NCBI GenBank assembly: GCA_015478725.1
Contig: JADMIG010000006.1
Span: 19,781 to 83,780 of the forward strand
Direction of reading: 5' to 3'
Length of the DNA: 64,000 nt
DNA from: Chloroflexota bacterium
GTDB taxonomy: Bacteria; Chloroflexota; Limnocylindria; Limnocylindrales; CSP1-4
The notes under the pieces are model-generated. The model saw only the letters and a list, made by a program, of their open reading frames with translations. It had not been told where the DNA came from and made no database searches. Made by a program: the position numbers and the translations under genes. Positions within the stretch are counted from its first letter, which is position 1. Every line of letters starts with the position of its first letter. This document shows, one piece after another, positions 45,776 to 55,192 of this stretch.

Positions 45776-46602
45776 TGCTCCACCTTCATTGCACGGCGTA
45801 CCGCTACCCGGCCGCGAGGGTCGCCGCTCTCCACGACATCGACCTCGCGATCCCCCACGGTGTGGTCGTGGGGCTGGTCGGACCCAACGAGAGCGGCAAG
45901 TCCACGCTCTGCCTCGTGGCGTCCGGGATGGCTCCGGCGGTCGTCGGCGGCGAGCTCGTCGGGCACCTCGAGATCGACGGCGAGTCGATGACCGGCCGGC
46001 CGCCACACGAGCTCGCGGAGCGGGTCGGGCTCGGGTTCGCGAACCCCACGACACAGCTGACGGGGCTCACCGCGACGGTCTTCGAGGAGGTCGCGATCGG
46101 ACCGCTCAACCTCGGGCTGTCCGCGACGGAGACCGTGGCCCGCGTGGACGAAGCCCTCGCCGCCGTGGGGATCGAGCGGCTCGCCGGCCAGAACCCGCGC
46201 CGGCTCTCGGGCGGTGAATCGCAGCTCGTCGCGATCGCGAGCCTCCTCGCGATGCGGCCGAGCCATCTCGTCCTCGACGAGCCGACCTCCGAGCTCGACC
46301 CGGCAGGAGCGCGGCTCGTCGCCGAAGCGCTCCACGCGGTCGCCCATGGCGGGACGGCCCTCCTCATCGCCGAGCATCGGATGGACCTGCTCGACGGTCT
46401 GTGCGACCGGATCGTCGTGCTCGACGGCGGAACGATCGTCCGGGACGGTCCGGCCGAGACAGCCCTCGCCGACCCCGGCCTCGCCGCGCTGGGCCTCGAA
46501 CGGCCCGCTCGCCATCGCATCGCCGACGCATCCAGGGCCGCCGGAGCCCCGCTCGACCCTGCCGAGCTCCGGTCCGCCCTCGGCGGATGGCCCCACCGGT
46601 GA
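45775..46602 (+). CDS. ecfA1: ECF transporter ATPase component A1
   Basis: GPNESGKST Walker A, LSGGESQLVAIAS, LVLDEPTSELD. Its start overlaps the ecfT stop. Confidence 0.85.
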   Translation: MLHLHCTAYRYPAARVAALHDIDLAIPHGVVVGLVGPNESGKSTLCLVASGMAPAVVGGELVGHLEIDGESMTGRPPHELAERVGLGFANPTTQLTGLTATVFEEVAIGPLNLGLSATETVARVDEALAAVGIERLAGQNPRRLSGGESQLVAIASLLAMRPSHLVLDEPTSELDPAGARLVAEALHAVAHGGTALLIAEHRMDLLDGLCDRIVVLDGGTIVRDGPAETALADPGLAALGLERPARHRIADASRAAGAPLDPAELRSALGGWPHR

Positions 46603-47423
46603 TCCCGGCGATCGCCCTCGAGGGGCTCGGGTTCGTCTACCCCGACGGTCATCGCGTCCTCGCCGCCGTCGACCTCGCGATCGGCGCGGGCGAGACGATC
46701 GCGCTCGTGGGCCAGAACGGGAGCGGAAAGTCAACCCTCGTCCGGCACCTGAACGGTCTCCTGCGATCCACGGAGGGGCGAGTGCTGCTGGACGGTCGAG
46801 ACATCGCCGCCGTGCCGGTCGCGTCCCTCGCCGCACACGTCGGGCTCCTGTTCCAGAACCCGGACCGGCAGCTCTTCGAGGAACGCGTCCGCGACGAGGT
46901 CGCGTTCGGCCCGCGCAATCTCGGCCGCCGCGGCGATGACCTCGACGCGGTCGTCGCGGACGCTCTCGAGGCCGTCGGTCTGAGCGACCTGGATGACGCG
47001 AACCCCTTCGTCCTCGGTCAGTCGCGGCGGAAGCTCGTCGCCCTCGCGTCCATCCTCGCGATGCGGACCCCGATCGTCGTCCTCGACGAGCCGACGACAG
47101 GCCAGGACGCCCGCGGCGTCGACCGGATCCGCTCCATCGTCCGCGGACTGGCCGCCGAGGGCCGGACGACGATCGCGATCTCCCACGACCTGCGGTTCGT
47201 CGCCGAGACCTTCGATCGGGTCGTCATCCTCCGCGACGGCACGGTCGCCCTCGACGGCACGCCAGCCGAGGTGTTCGGGCCGGAGGCGGGTCCCGTGCTC
47301 GCAGCGGCGAATCTCGAACCCCCGCCCGCCGCCCGCGTCGGGATGCACCTCGGACTCGGCAGCACGCCGAGCGAGGCGGACCTGGTCGCCAGGCTTGCCG
47401 CCCGGGCCGCCGCGGGGCGCTGA
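46587..47423 (+). CDS. ecfA2: ECF transporter ATPase component A2
   Basis: GQNGSGKST, LGQSRRKLVALAS, VVLDEPTTGQD. 16-nt overlap with ecfA1. Confidence 0.85.
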   Translation: MAPPVIPAIALEGLGFVYPDGHRVLAAVDLAIGAGETIALVGQNGSGKSTLVRHLNGLLRSTEGRVLLDGRDIAAVPVASLAAHVGLLFQNPDRQLFEERVRDEVAFGPRNLGRRGDDLDAVVADALEAVGLSDLDDANPFVLGQSRRKLVALASILAMRTPIVVLDEPTTGQDARGVDRIRSIVRGLAAEGRTTIAISHDLRFVAETFDRVVILRDGTVALDGTPAEVFGPEAGPVLAAANLEPPPAARVGMHLGLGSTPSEADLVARLAARAAAGR

Positions 47424-47524
47424 CCCCCGGTCACCCCGGCTGCCCTTATTGCGACGTGTTGTAAGAACGGGGTATCCTCACCGTCCGGACCGGCTGCCTG
47501 CCGGTCACGAAGCGGAGAGCCGGA

Positions 47525-48583
47525 TTGATCGCGACCGCCATGCGGATGGCGACCACGTCGAGCCCGTTGCGGAACCGGATCGTGGGGATCTACGCGTTCC
47601 TCATCGCGTTCACCGTGGCCTGCGTCGGCCTCCTCTTCGCCGTCGGAACGGCCTATCCGGCGCTCATCGGGGCCGGCATCCTCGCCTACACGCTCGGGCT
47701 CCGGCACGGCGTCGACGCGGACCACATCGCCGCGATCGACAACACGACGCGCAAGCTCATCCAGGACGGCCAGCGTCCGGTGACGGTGGGGCTCTTCTTC
47801 TCGCTCGGCCACTCGACGATCGTCATCGGCCTCTCCGTGGTCCTCGCGATCTCCGGTGCGATCGTCCACGACATCCCGGCGCTCCAGGATGTCGGAGGAC
47901 TCGTCGGGACCGCCGTCTCGGCCGCGTTCCTCCTCGCGATCGGCCTCGTCAACCTCGTCGCCCTCGTGGAGATCGGACGGCTGTTCCGGACCGTTTCCGG
48001 CGGCGGCAGCTACAGCGACGCGTCGCTCGAGGACTTCCTCGCCGGGCGCGGGCTCCTCGCCCGGATCTTCCGGCCGATGCTGCGGCTCGTTCGAAGGAGC
48101 TGGCACATGTACCCGGTGGGGGTCCTCTTCGGCCTCGGCTTCGACACGGCGAGCGAGGTCGGCCTCCTCGGCCTTGCCGCGACCGCCGGCGGCCAGGCCA
48201 TCCCAATCGGGTTCATCCTCATCCTCCCGGCCCTCTTCGCGGCCGGGATGATGACGGTGGACACGACCGACCAGGTGCTCATGCTCGGCGCCTACGAGTG
48301 GGCCTTCCTCCGCCCGATCCGCAAGCTGTACTACAACCTGACGATCACCTTCATCTCGGTCGTCATCGCCTTCCTCATCGGCGGGATCGAGGTCCTCAGC
48401 ATCGTCGCGGCGCGGTTCCGGCTCAGCGGCGGTGTGTGGGACTTCGTCGCCCACCTCGACTTCGAGATCGTCGGCTTCGCGGTCATCGCGATCTTCATCG
48501 GGACGTGGATCGTCGCGACGATCATCTATCGCCTCAGGGGCTACGACGAGCTCGGGGGCGATCAGCCCGGGTCGGCGGCCTGA
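47525..48583 (+). CDS. high-affinity nickel/cobalt permease, NiCoT family (HoxN/HupN/NixA)
   Basis: The NiCoT signature GLRHGVDADHIAAIDNTTRK in TM2, plus a second LGFDTASEV motif. 8 TM. Confidence 0.85.
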   Translation: MIATAMRMATTSSPLRNRIVGIYAFLIAFTVACVGLLFAVGTAYPALIGAGILAYTLGLRHGVDADHIAAIDNTTRKLIQDGQRPVTVGLFFSLGHSTIVIGLSVVLAISGAIVHDIPALQDVGGLVGTAVSAAFLLAIGLVNLVALVEIGRLFRTVSGGGSYSDASLEDFLAGRGLLARIFRPMLRLVRRSWHMYPVGVLFGLGFDTASEVGLLGLAATAGGQAIPIGFILILPALFAAGMMTVDTTDQVLMLGAYEWAFLRPIRKLYYNLTITFISVVIAFLIGGIEVLSIVAARFRLSGGVWDFVAHLDFEIVGFAVIAIFIGTWIVATIIYRLRGYDELGGDQPGSAA

Positions 48584-49047
48584 CAGGCGGCGCAGCGACC
48601 GACGATCGTCAGGTGCGAGAGATCCACCGCGAAGCCTCGACTCCGCTCCAGCGAGGCCATCGTCGCCGCGGCCTCGGCCTCGTCGATCTCCCAGCTCGCA
48701 CCGCATCCCTCACAATGCAGATGGCCGTGTTCGACCGCCGGTCGGACGTGGTATTCCTCCCGGCCGTCGGCACCATGGGCATGTCTGACGACGCCGAGCT
48801 CCTCGAATACACGGAGGGTCCGGTAGACCGTCGAGGGGGTCGTGAGCGGGTCGAGCGATCGGCAGCGATCGACGAGCTCGGCGCCGGTGATGTGGCCATC
48901 TGTCCGGTCGAGGACCTCGAGGATCTGGCGGCGCTGCGCCGTCCAGCGCAGACCCAGGGTCCGGAAGTGATCGCGGATCGCGGCAAGCGAGGGTGGCGTG
49001 GTGGCGTCCCGCGCCGAACCGGCGCCGCTCGGCCTTCGGACGGTCAT
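48562..49047 (-). CDS. Fur family transcriptional regulator (Nur/Zur-like)
   Basis: Start MTVRRPSG.. at 49047. Fur DNA-binding helix (TVYRTLRVFEELGVV), the HxH...HCEGCG...C..C metal sites. The ORF-track extension to 49623 is rejected. Confidence 0.85.
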   Translation of the reverse strand: MTVRRPSGAGSARDATTPPSLAAIRDHFRTLGLRWTAQRRQILEVLDRTDGHITGAELVDRCRSLDPLTTPSTVYRTLRVFEELGVVRHAHGADGREEYHVRPAVEHGHLHCEGCGASWEIDEAEAAATMASLERSRGFAVDLSHLTIVGRCAACQAADPG

Positions 49048-49679
49048 GTGGGACGTGCTCGGCGTCGCTGGACGTGCGTCGTGCATCGGGCGCGAGTATA
49101 GGGCTGGCCTGAGTGGCTGCCCGGTGTGGCTGCCCCGTGAGGGCGCCCGCATTCGGATGCCGGGCACCGAGTGCGCCAGGACGGCGCATATCCGCCCCGG
49201 GAGACGCTTACGCGAGATCGTGGCCCCATCGCGGGTCGGATGAGCCCCATCGGACCGGAGCCGCACGCACGGCACGACTGCACTCCGGGGCGCCTGAGCG
49301 TGGATCGGGCCTTCAGTGTTCCGTAACGCTCTCCCAGTGCGGTTCTGCGATGAAATCGCGGGCGCATCGGCCGTGGAGCTCAGCGGCGCAGCGGATCGGA
49401 ACCGCGAGGGCCGCAACGGAGTGGGAGGCGCGAGGGCCGAGAAGCGCCGAACATGGACGAGCGACGCGCCGGTGATCGGGCGTCGCTCGTCGTGGGAGCG
49501 CGAACGGGAGGAGGATCGTCCGCGTCGTATTCGGTTGTTCTTCAGTTGTCGGATGCATCGTGACACCCGGGACCTTGCGATCTCATTACGCCGCAGGGCC
49601 GGTCCCTCGATCAGAGCATCCAAAATCGGTGGGCGAGATATCTAGACATCATCTCTCTTGGTGGTGATACTTCCTCGGT

Positions 49680-50120
49680 ATGGATGCGGAACCGTCTGGA
49701 CGATCCACGGCCGGCATGCGGATGGGTCAGGCGGCCGAGATGGTCGGCGTCACGGTCGAGACGCTCCGCCGCTGGGAGGTGGACGGACGCCTCCGGGTGG
49801 AGCGCTCGGGCGGCGGCCAGCGTCTCGTCCCGCTCGCCGAGGTCTCGCGACTCATCGACGAACGACGGCGCGCGGTCGTGGATCGGCCGATCGTCGCCCA
49901 ATCGGCACGGAATCGGTTCCCTGGTGTCGTGACCCGCGTCGAGCGCGACGGCGTCGCTGCCGTGGTCGAGGTCGTCGCCGGCCCGCACCGGCTCGTGAGC
50001 CTCATGACCGCCGAGGCGGTCATCGAGCTCGGTCTTGCCGTCGGCGTCGAGGCGATCTGCGTCGTGAAGGCGACGAACGTCATCGTCGAGATCCCCGCGT
50101 CGCGCGAGCGCGGCGGATGA
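49680..50120 (+). CDS. MerR/excisionase-type HTH fused to TOBE (molybdate-binding) domain regulator
   Basis: N-terminal HTH (MGQAAEMVGVTVETLRRWEVDG). The C-terminal 70 aa are Mop/TOBE-like (NRFPGVVTRVERDGVAAVVEVVAGPHRLVSLMTAEAV..LGLAVG). It is translationally coupled to modA. Confidence 0.7.
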   Translation: MDAEPSGRSTAGMRMGQAAEMVGVTVETLRRWEVDGRLRVERSGGGQRLVPLAEVSRLIDERRRAVVDRPIVAQSARNRFPGVVTRVERDGVAAVVEVVAGPHRLVSLMTAEAVIELGLAVGVEAICVVKATNVIVEIPASRERGG

Positions 50121-50953
50121 GACACGGCCGGCGGATCGCCACGCTCTCCGCCGCAGCGCTGCTCCTCCTCGCCGGCTGCTCGGGCACCGCCACCGCACCC
50201 GGCAACGCCACCGCACCGGGCAGTGCCACGGCGCCACCGATCGCCACAAGCCTGACCGTCGACGCAGCCGCCTCGCTCGCGGGCGTCCTCGAAGCGGCGC
50301 GCTCCCGCTACGACGCCACCCACCCCGGGACGTCCCTCACGATCGACACGGACTCCTCGGCTGCGCTCGCGACGCAGATCGAGCAGGGAGCGCCGGTCGA
50401 CGTCTTCCTCTCCGCCGACACGACGAACCCGCAGGCGCTGATCGATCGCGGTCTCGCCAGCGGCGCGCTCGTGCCGTTCGCGGCCAACCTCCTCACGATC
50501 ATCGTTCCGACCGCGGATCCGGCCGCCATCCGGACGCCGGCGGACCTCGCTCGGCCCGGGGTCAAGATCATCGCGGCGGGCCCGGCCGTCCCGATCACCA
50601 GGTACGCGACCCGGCTCGTCGCGAACCTCGCCGCCCTGCCCGGGTATCCGGCCGGATTCGCCGCCGCCTATGCCGCGAACGTCGCGTCGAGGGAGGACAA
50701 CGTCGCCGCGGTCGTGGCGAAGGTCGCCCTCGGCGAAGGCGACGCGGCGATCGTCTACGTCACCGATGCGGCGACATCGCCCGGCGTGATCGCGGTCCCC
50801 GTCCCGGCCGCCGCGAACGTCCCGGCGACGTACGCGGGCGTCGTCGTGCGGGCCTCGCGAGATCTCATCGGCGCGCAGGCCTTCCTCGCCTGGTTCGCCG
50901 GGCCGGACGGTCAGGCGATTCTCCGCTCGTTCGGGTTCCTTCCGCCGCCGTGA
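50117..50953 (+). CDS. modA: molybdate ABC transporter substrate-binding lipoprotein
   Basis: Signal peptide with lipobox LLLLAGCSG. ModA-like fold (SAA.SL...DVFLSAD). Confidence 0.8.
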   Translation: MRHGRRIATLSAAALLLLAGCSGTATAPGNATAPGSATAPPIATSLTVDAAASLAGVLEAARSRYDATHPGTSLTIDTDSSAALATQIEQGAPVDVFLSADTTNPQALIDRGLASGALVPFAANLLTIIVPTADPAAIRTPADLARPGVKIIAAGPAVPITRYATRLVANLAALPGYPAGFAAAYAANVASREDNVAAVVAKVALGEGDAAIVYVTDAATSPGVIAVPVPAAANVPATYAGVVVRASRDLIGAQAFLAWFAGPDGQAILRSFGFLPPP

Positions 50954-51798
50954 GTCGAGCGCCCGCGCGACCCGGCCGGACATTCGCGTCGCGCCGGAAC
51001 CATGATGGACGAGCGATCATCACCCTCGCGGTCGTGCTCGGCCTCCTGCTCGCCCTGCCGGTCGCGACCCTCGTCGCCAGGGCGATCGTTGACGGCTCGC
51101 TGGCGGCGAGCGCGACGAACCGGGTAGTCCTCGACGCGCTGACCTTGAGCCTTGCGACGACCACGGCGAGTCTCGCCATCACCGTCGCCATCGGGCTCCC
51201 ACTGGCGTTCGTCCTCGCCCGCCGGCGGTTCATGGGTTCCGCGCTCCTCGAGACGGCGGTCGATCTGCCGATCGTCCTCCCGCCGTCCGTGGCAGGGCTC
51301 GCGCTCCTCCTCGTCCTCGGCCGGCGCGGACTCCTCGGGGAGCCGCTCGCCGGGGCGGGCATCGAGCTCCCGTTCACGACGGCTGCCGTCATCCTCGCCC
51401 AGGCGTTCGTCTCGGCGCCGTTCTTCATCCGCTCGGCGCGGGCCGGGATCGCGGCCGTCGATCGCGATCTCGAGGACGCGGCGCGCGTCGACGGCGCCTC
51501 CGAGGCCGGGGTCTTCCGGCAGATCACGATCCCGCTCGCCGGGCCCGCGCTCGCGGCGGGCCTCGTCATGAGCTGGGCCCGATCGCTCGGCGAGTTCGGG
51601 GCGACGATCATGTTCGCCGGCAATATCGAAGGGCGGACCCAGACGCTCCCGCTCGTTGTGTACAGCGAGTTCACCGGCGGCGCGCTCGGGCACTCGATCG
51701 CCGCCGCGGCGATCCTCGTCGTCGCCGCCTTCGGTGTGCTCGTCGCCGTCCGCGTGCTCCACTGGGGCCGCGTCCTCGACCTCCGCGCCCTCGCCTGA
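50950..51798 (+). CDS. modB: molybdate ABC transporter permease
   Basis: 282 aa, 5-6 TM, EAA loop (DLEDAARVDGAS..FRQITIPL). Confidence 0.85.
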   Translation: MSRAPARPGRTFASRRNHDGRAIITLAVVLGLLLALPVATLVARAIVDGSLAASATNRVVLDALTLSLATTTASLAITVAIGLPLAFVLARRRFMGSALLETAVDLPIVLPPSVAGLALLLVLGRRGLLGEPLAGAGIELPFTTAAVILAQAFVSAPFFIRSARAGIAAVDRDLEDAARVDGASEAGVFRQITIPLAGPALAAGLVMSWARSLGEFGATIMFAGNIEGRTQTLPLVVYSEFTGGALGHSIAAAAILVVAAFGVLVAVRVLHWGRVLDLRALA

Positions 51799-51846
51799 TC
51801 CGCTCGGGTAGCGCGGCGGCGGCCGGCCGGACCGGACTCGCGACCG

Positions 51847-53211
51847 TCAGTCGAGGGCGATGCGGAAATCGGCGCCAGTGCGGGCGCGCACCTCCTCCAC
51901 GGTGACCCCGGGCGCGAGCTCGATGAGGACGAGACCCGCGCCGGGTGCGACCTCGAAGACGGCAAGATCCGTGATCACCCGGTCCACGACCCCTCGGCCG
52001 GTGAGCGGGAGCGTGCACTCGCGGAGGATCTTCGGACTGCCGTCCTTCGCGACGTGGTCCATGAGGACGATCACCCGCCGCACTCCCGAGACGAGGTCCA
52101 TCGCGCCACCCGGGCCCTTCACCATCCGGCCCGGCACCATCCAGTTCGCGAGATCGCCGTTCTCGGCGACCTCCAGCCCGCCGAGGATCACCACGTCGAT
52201 GTGGCCGCCCCGGATCATCGCGAACGAATCCGCGCTGGAGAAGAAGCTCGAGCCGGCGATCGTCGTCACGGTCTGCTTGCCGGCGTTGATGAGATCGGGA
52301 TCCACGTCCGCCTCATCCGGGAACGGCCCGATGCCGAGCAGTCCGTTCTCCGACTGGAGGACGACCGTGATCTCCGGCGGGATGTGGTTCGCCACGAGCG
52401 TCGGGATGCCGATGCCGAGGTTGACGTAATCGCCGTCGTGGAGCTCCGCAGCGGCCCGGCGGGCCATCCGTTCGCGCGACGGCGAGGTGACGGCGGACAG
52501 GTCGGTCCCGGCGACGGTGCGGAACTCGATCCGCCGCTCGTACTTCGCCCCCTCGACGATCCGGTCGACATAGATGCCCGGCGTGTCCACCGCGTCCGGA
52601 TCGAGCTCGCCGACCTCGACCAGGTGCTCCACCTCCGCGACCGTGACCGTGCCGCAGGTGGCGATCATCGGGTTGAAGTTCCGCGCCGTGCGGCGGTAGA
52701 CGAGGTTGCCCGCACGGTCGCCGCGCCAGGCCTTGACGAGCGAGACGTCCGTGCGGATCGCCTCCTCGAGGACGTACTCGCGGCCATCGAAGACCCGCGT
52801 CTCGCGGTCGGCGGCGATGCTCGTCCCGATCCCGGTCCGGGTGTAGAAGCCGGGGATCCCGGCACCGCCCGCCCGGAGCCGTTCCGCGAGCGTCCCCTGG
52901 GGAACGAGCTCGAGCTCGAGCTCGCCGGCGAGCGCCTGGCGCTCGAACTCGCGGTTCTCGCCGACGTACGAGGCGATCACCCGGCGGACCTGCCGCCCGG
53001 CGAGGAGGAGGCCCATCCCGAAGTCATCGACCCCGGCGTTGTTGCCGACGATCGTGAGGTCGCGGACACCGCTCGCGACGACGGCAGCAATGAGGTGCTC
53101 CGGTATCCCGCAGAGGCCGAAACCGCCGGCACCGATGGTCATCCCGTCGTGGAGGAGCCCATCGAGGGCTGCCGCTGCACTCGGATGGACCTTCTCGCGG
53201 CGGCCGCTCAT
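51847..53211 (-). CDS. fused 3-oxoacid CoA-transferase (subunit A + subunit B in one polypeptide)
   Basis: Start [10 protein letters not shown] at 53211. The A-subunit region has FYTRTGIGT and SLVKAWRGD. The B-subunit region (from about aa 249) has [10 protein letters not shown] and the catalytic Glu context. The ORF-track 5' 350 aa is shadow. Confidence 0.8.
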   Translation of the reverse strand: MSGRREKVHPSAAAALDGLLHDGMTIGAGGFGLCGIPEHLIAAVVASGVRDLTIVGNNAGVDDFGMGLLLAGRQVRRVIASYVGENREFERQALAGELELELVPQGTLAERLRAGGAGIPGFYTRTGIGTSIAADRETRVFDGREYVLEEAIRTDVSLVKAWRGDRAGNLVYRRTARNFNPMIATCGTVTVAEVEHLVEVGELDPDAVDTPGIYVDRIVEGAKYERRIEFRTVAGTDLSAVTSPSRERMARRAAAELHDGDYVNLGIGIPTLVANHIPPEITVVLQSENGLLGIGPFPDEADVDPDLINAGKQTVTTIAGSSFFSSADSFAMIRGGHIDVVILGGLEVAENGDLANWMVPGRMVKGPGGAMDLVSGVRRVIVLMDHVAKDGSPKILRECTLPLTGRGVVDRVITDLAVFEVAPGAGLVLIELAPGVTVEEVRARTGADFRIALD

Positions 53212-53279
53212 CGCCGTATCGTCGCCGATTCGCCGACCGCGTGGAACACCGGGGCGCGCGTCCGGTGTCTGGTCCTCCG

Positions 53280-55010
53280 TCAGCCGTTGACCACCGCGAG
53301 GAACGGGAACGCCGCCCGTGGATCGAGGGCATCGAGATCCACCCGCCGGAGGTTCGGCGCGGCGGACGGTCGGGCGAGGAGATACCCCTGGGCGGCGGGG
53401 ACGTCGAGGTCGCGGAGCATCTCGAGCTGGGCCGGCGTTTCCACGCCTTCCGCGATCACGCCGGCCCGCCACCGCGCGGCGAGTTCGGTGAGGCTCCGGA
53501 TCACCTCGAGTGAGGCGGCGTTGCGGGCACCCGCCTGGATGAGGCTCAGGTCGATCTTCATGATGTCGAAATGGATCTGGCTGAGCAGCCGCAGCCCGGC
53601 GTTCCCCGCACCGACATCGTCGATGGCGATCCGGAAGCCGGCATCGCGGCAGGCGGCGAGCCGGCGGCGCACCGCGTCGATGTCGACGACCTCCTCGCGC
53701 TCGGTCAGCTCGAGGATGACCCGCTCGGGCGTGAGGCGACCTCGGCGGAGGAGCGCCGTGAGGAACGCCGGCGAGAACTCGGGCGACTCGACCGTCTGGG
53801 GCGACAGGTTGAGGCTGATCGACTGGTCGGGACCGAGGTCGCGGATCCCGTCGATGATCGCGGTGATGCACGCCCGATCGAGTTCGACGGACCGGCCGGT
53901 CGCCTCCGCGGCCGCGAACATCGAACCCGGGTCCGAGAACCCGGATCCGGGCGCCGGTCGCGTGAGGCCCTCGAACCCGATGACCACGCCGCTGTCGAGC
54001 GCGACGATCGGCTGATAGGCCGGCACGAGGAGGCCGGACCCGACGATGTGGGCAATCGCGGCGGACGCCTCGGCGAGCTGGCCGGCCGCGATCCCCTCGA
54101 TGTGGGCGACCGAGTCGTAGAGACGGACGTCCGTCCGTCCGCCGTGCTTCGCCTCGTAGAGCGCCCGGTCCGCGTTGGCGAGGAGCTCGGCTCGCGACAT
54201 GCCGTCCGCCGGCGCCGAACTGATCCCGCCGGAGAACGAGAAGCCGCGGGCGAAGCCAGCGCTCGGGCGGGGCTCGACGCACGCGGCGAGCAGTCGGCGG
54301 GCCACGACGAGGGCCTCCTGGGCGTTCGTGTGGGGCATGAGGATCGCGAACTCGTCACCGCCGATCCGGAACGCCCGGTCGGATCGGCGGGTCGCGGCGA
54401 CGAGGAGGTGGGCGAGCTCGACGAGCGTCGCGTCGCCGAGCGCGTGACCGGCCGAGTCGTTGATGAGCTTGAAGTCGTCGAGATCGATCGTGAGCAGCGC
54501 GAGCGGCGTGCCGTAGCGTTCGACGTCGGCGAGCGCGCGGTCGAACTCCTCGTGGAACGCCCGGTGATTGCCGAGCCGGGTGAGCGAATCCTCGAGCGCC
54601 GTCGAGCGCGCCTCCTCATAGAGCTCACCGTACCGATGGTTCTCGGCCTCGAGCTCCTCTGCCGGGCGAACGACGAGGTGAGCGAGGTAGAGGGTGAGGT
54701 CCACGCTACCGGCGAGGGCCAGGACGAAGGCGCCGAGCGCCGCGATCGGCGCCGACCGGACGAAGCTGCCGATCCAGCGGCTCGAGTCCGGCGCGACGAG
54801 GGTCCCGAGCACAGCGCCGACGATGAGCGCGATCGTCGCGGTCGAGCCCATGACGAGGGCGAGCCGGAACCTGATACGTCGTGCCTGTCTGCCGCGTGTC
54901 GCCCCCGGGAGCAGTTCGTGGACGGCGTGCGGGACGGCCCGGTCGTGCGCGGCGAGGATCGGGGTCCGGAGCGGTTCGGTATGGCTGGCCATCGAAGCGA
55001 GTTGTCCCAT
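53280..55010 (-). CDS. membrane-anchored GGDEF-EAL protein (diguanylate cyclase/phosphodiesterase)
   Basis: 2 TM N-terminal region; GGDEF ([10 protein letters not shown]); an EAL domain (EGLTRP variant of EALx[17 protein letters not shown]). Start at 55010 or 54992. Confidence 0.85.
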   Translation of the reverse strand: MGQLASMASHTEPLRTPILAAHDRAVPHAVHELLPGATRGRQARRIRFRLALVMGSTATIALIVGAVLGTLVAPDSSRWIGSFVRSAPIAALGAFVLALAGSVDLTLYLAHLVVRPAEELEAENHRYGELYEEARSTALEDSLTRLGNHRAFHEEFDRALADVERYGTPLALLTIDLDDFKLINDSAGHALGDATLVELAHLLVAATRRSDRAFRIGGDEFAILMPHTNAQEALVVARRLLAACVEPRPSAGFARGFSFSGGISSAPADGMSRAELLANADRALYEAKHGGRTDVRLYDSVAHIEGIAAGQLAEASAAIAHIVGSGLLVPAYQPIVALDSGVVIGFEGLTRPAPGSGFSDPGSMFAAAEATGRSVELDRACITAIIDGIRDLGPDQSISLNLSPQTVESPEFSPAFLTALLRRGRLTPERVILELTEREEVVDIDAVRRRLAACRDAGFRIAIDDVGAGNAGLRLLSQIHFDIMKIDLSLIQAGARNAASLEVIRSLTELAARWRAGVIAEGVETPAQLEMLRDLDVPAAQGYLLARPSAAPNLRRVDLDALDPRAAFPFLAVVNG

Positions 55011-55192
55011 CGTTTCGATGAGACGGACAGTGTCCCTTCGTACCGCGGCCGGTGGGCCTTTCGGGTGACGCACCGGATGTGGAGGTCGCCGCGACCGCGT
55101 TCCGCGCCCATCCGATGTATCGTCACGGCCGACTTTCACGAGAACCTCGTCCCCGAGATCTCTCGGACCGCGTATCAGGAGGAGCCATCCGC

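Noticed and set aside
49048-49623. Upstream extension of the Fur-family ORF to 49623 (353 aa)
   Set aside because: Fur proteins are about 140-160 aa. The extension is Arg/Ser/Pro-rich and falls in the low-GC intergenic region. The start at 49047 gives a canonical Fur.
49316-49645. 109-aa ORF (MFRNALPVRFCDEIAG...) in the long intergenic region
   Set aside because: Poor GC3 bias, no RBS and no motif. The region is more likely regulatory or an ncRNA.
53212-54282. 5' extension of the CoA-transferase ORF (811 aa)
   Set aside because: Arg/Gly/Pro shadow overlapping the GGDEF-EAL gene on the same strand in another frame. The transferase starts at MSGRREK (53211).
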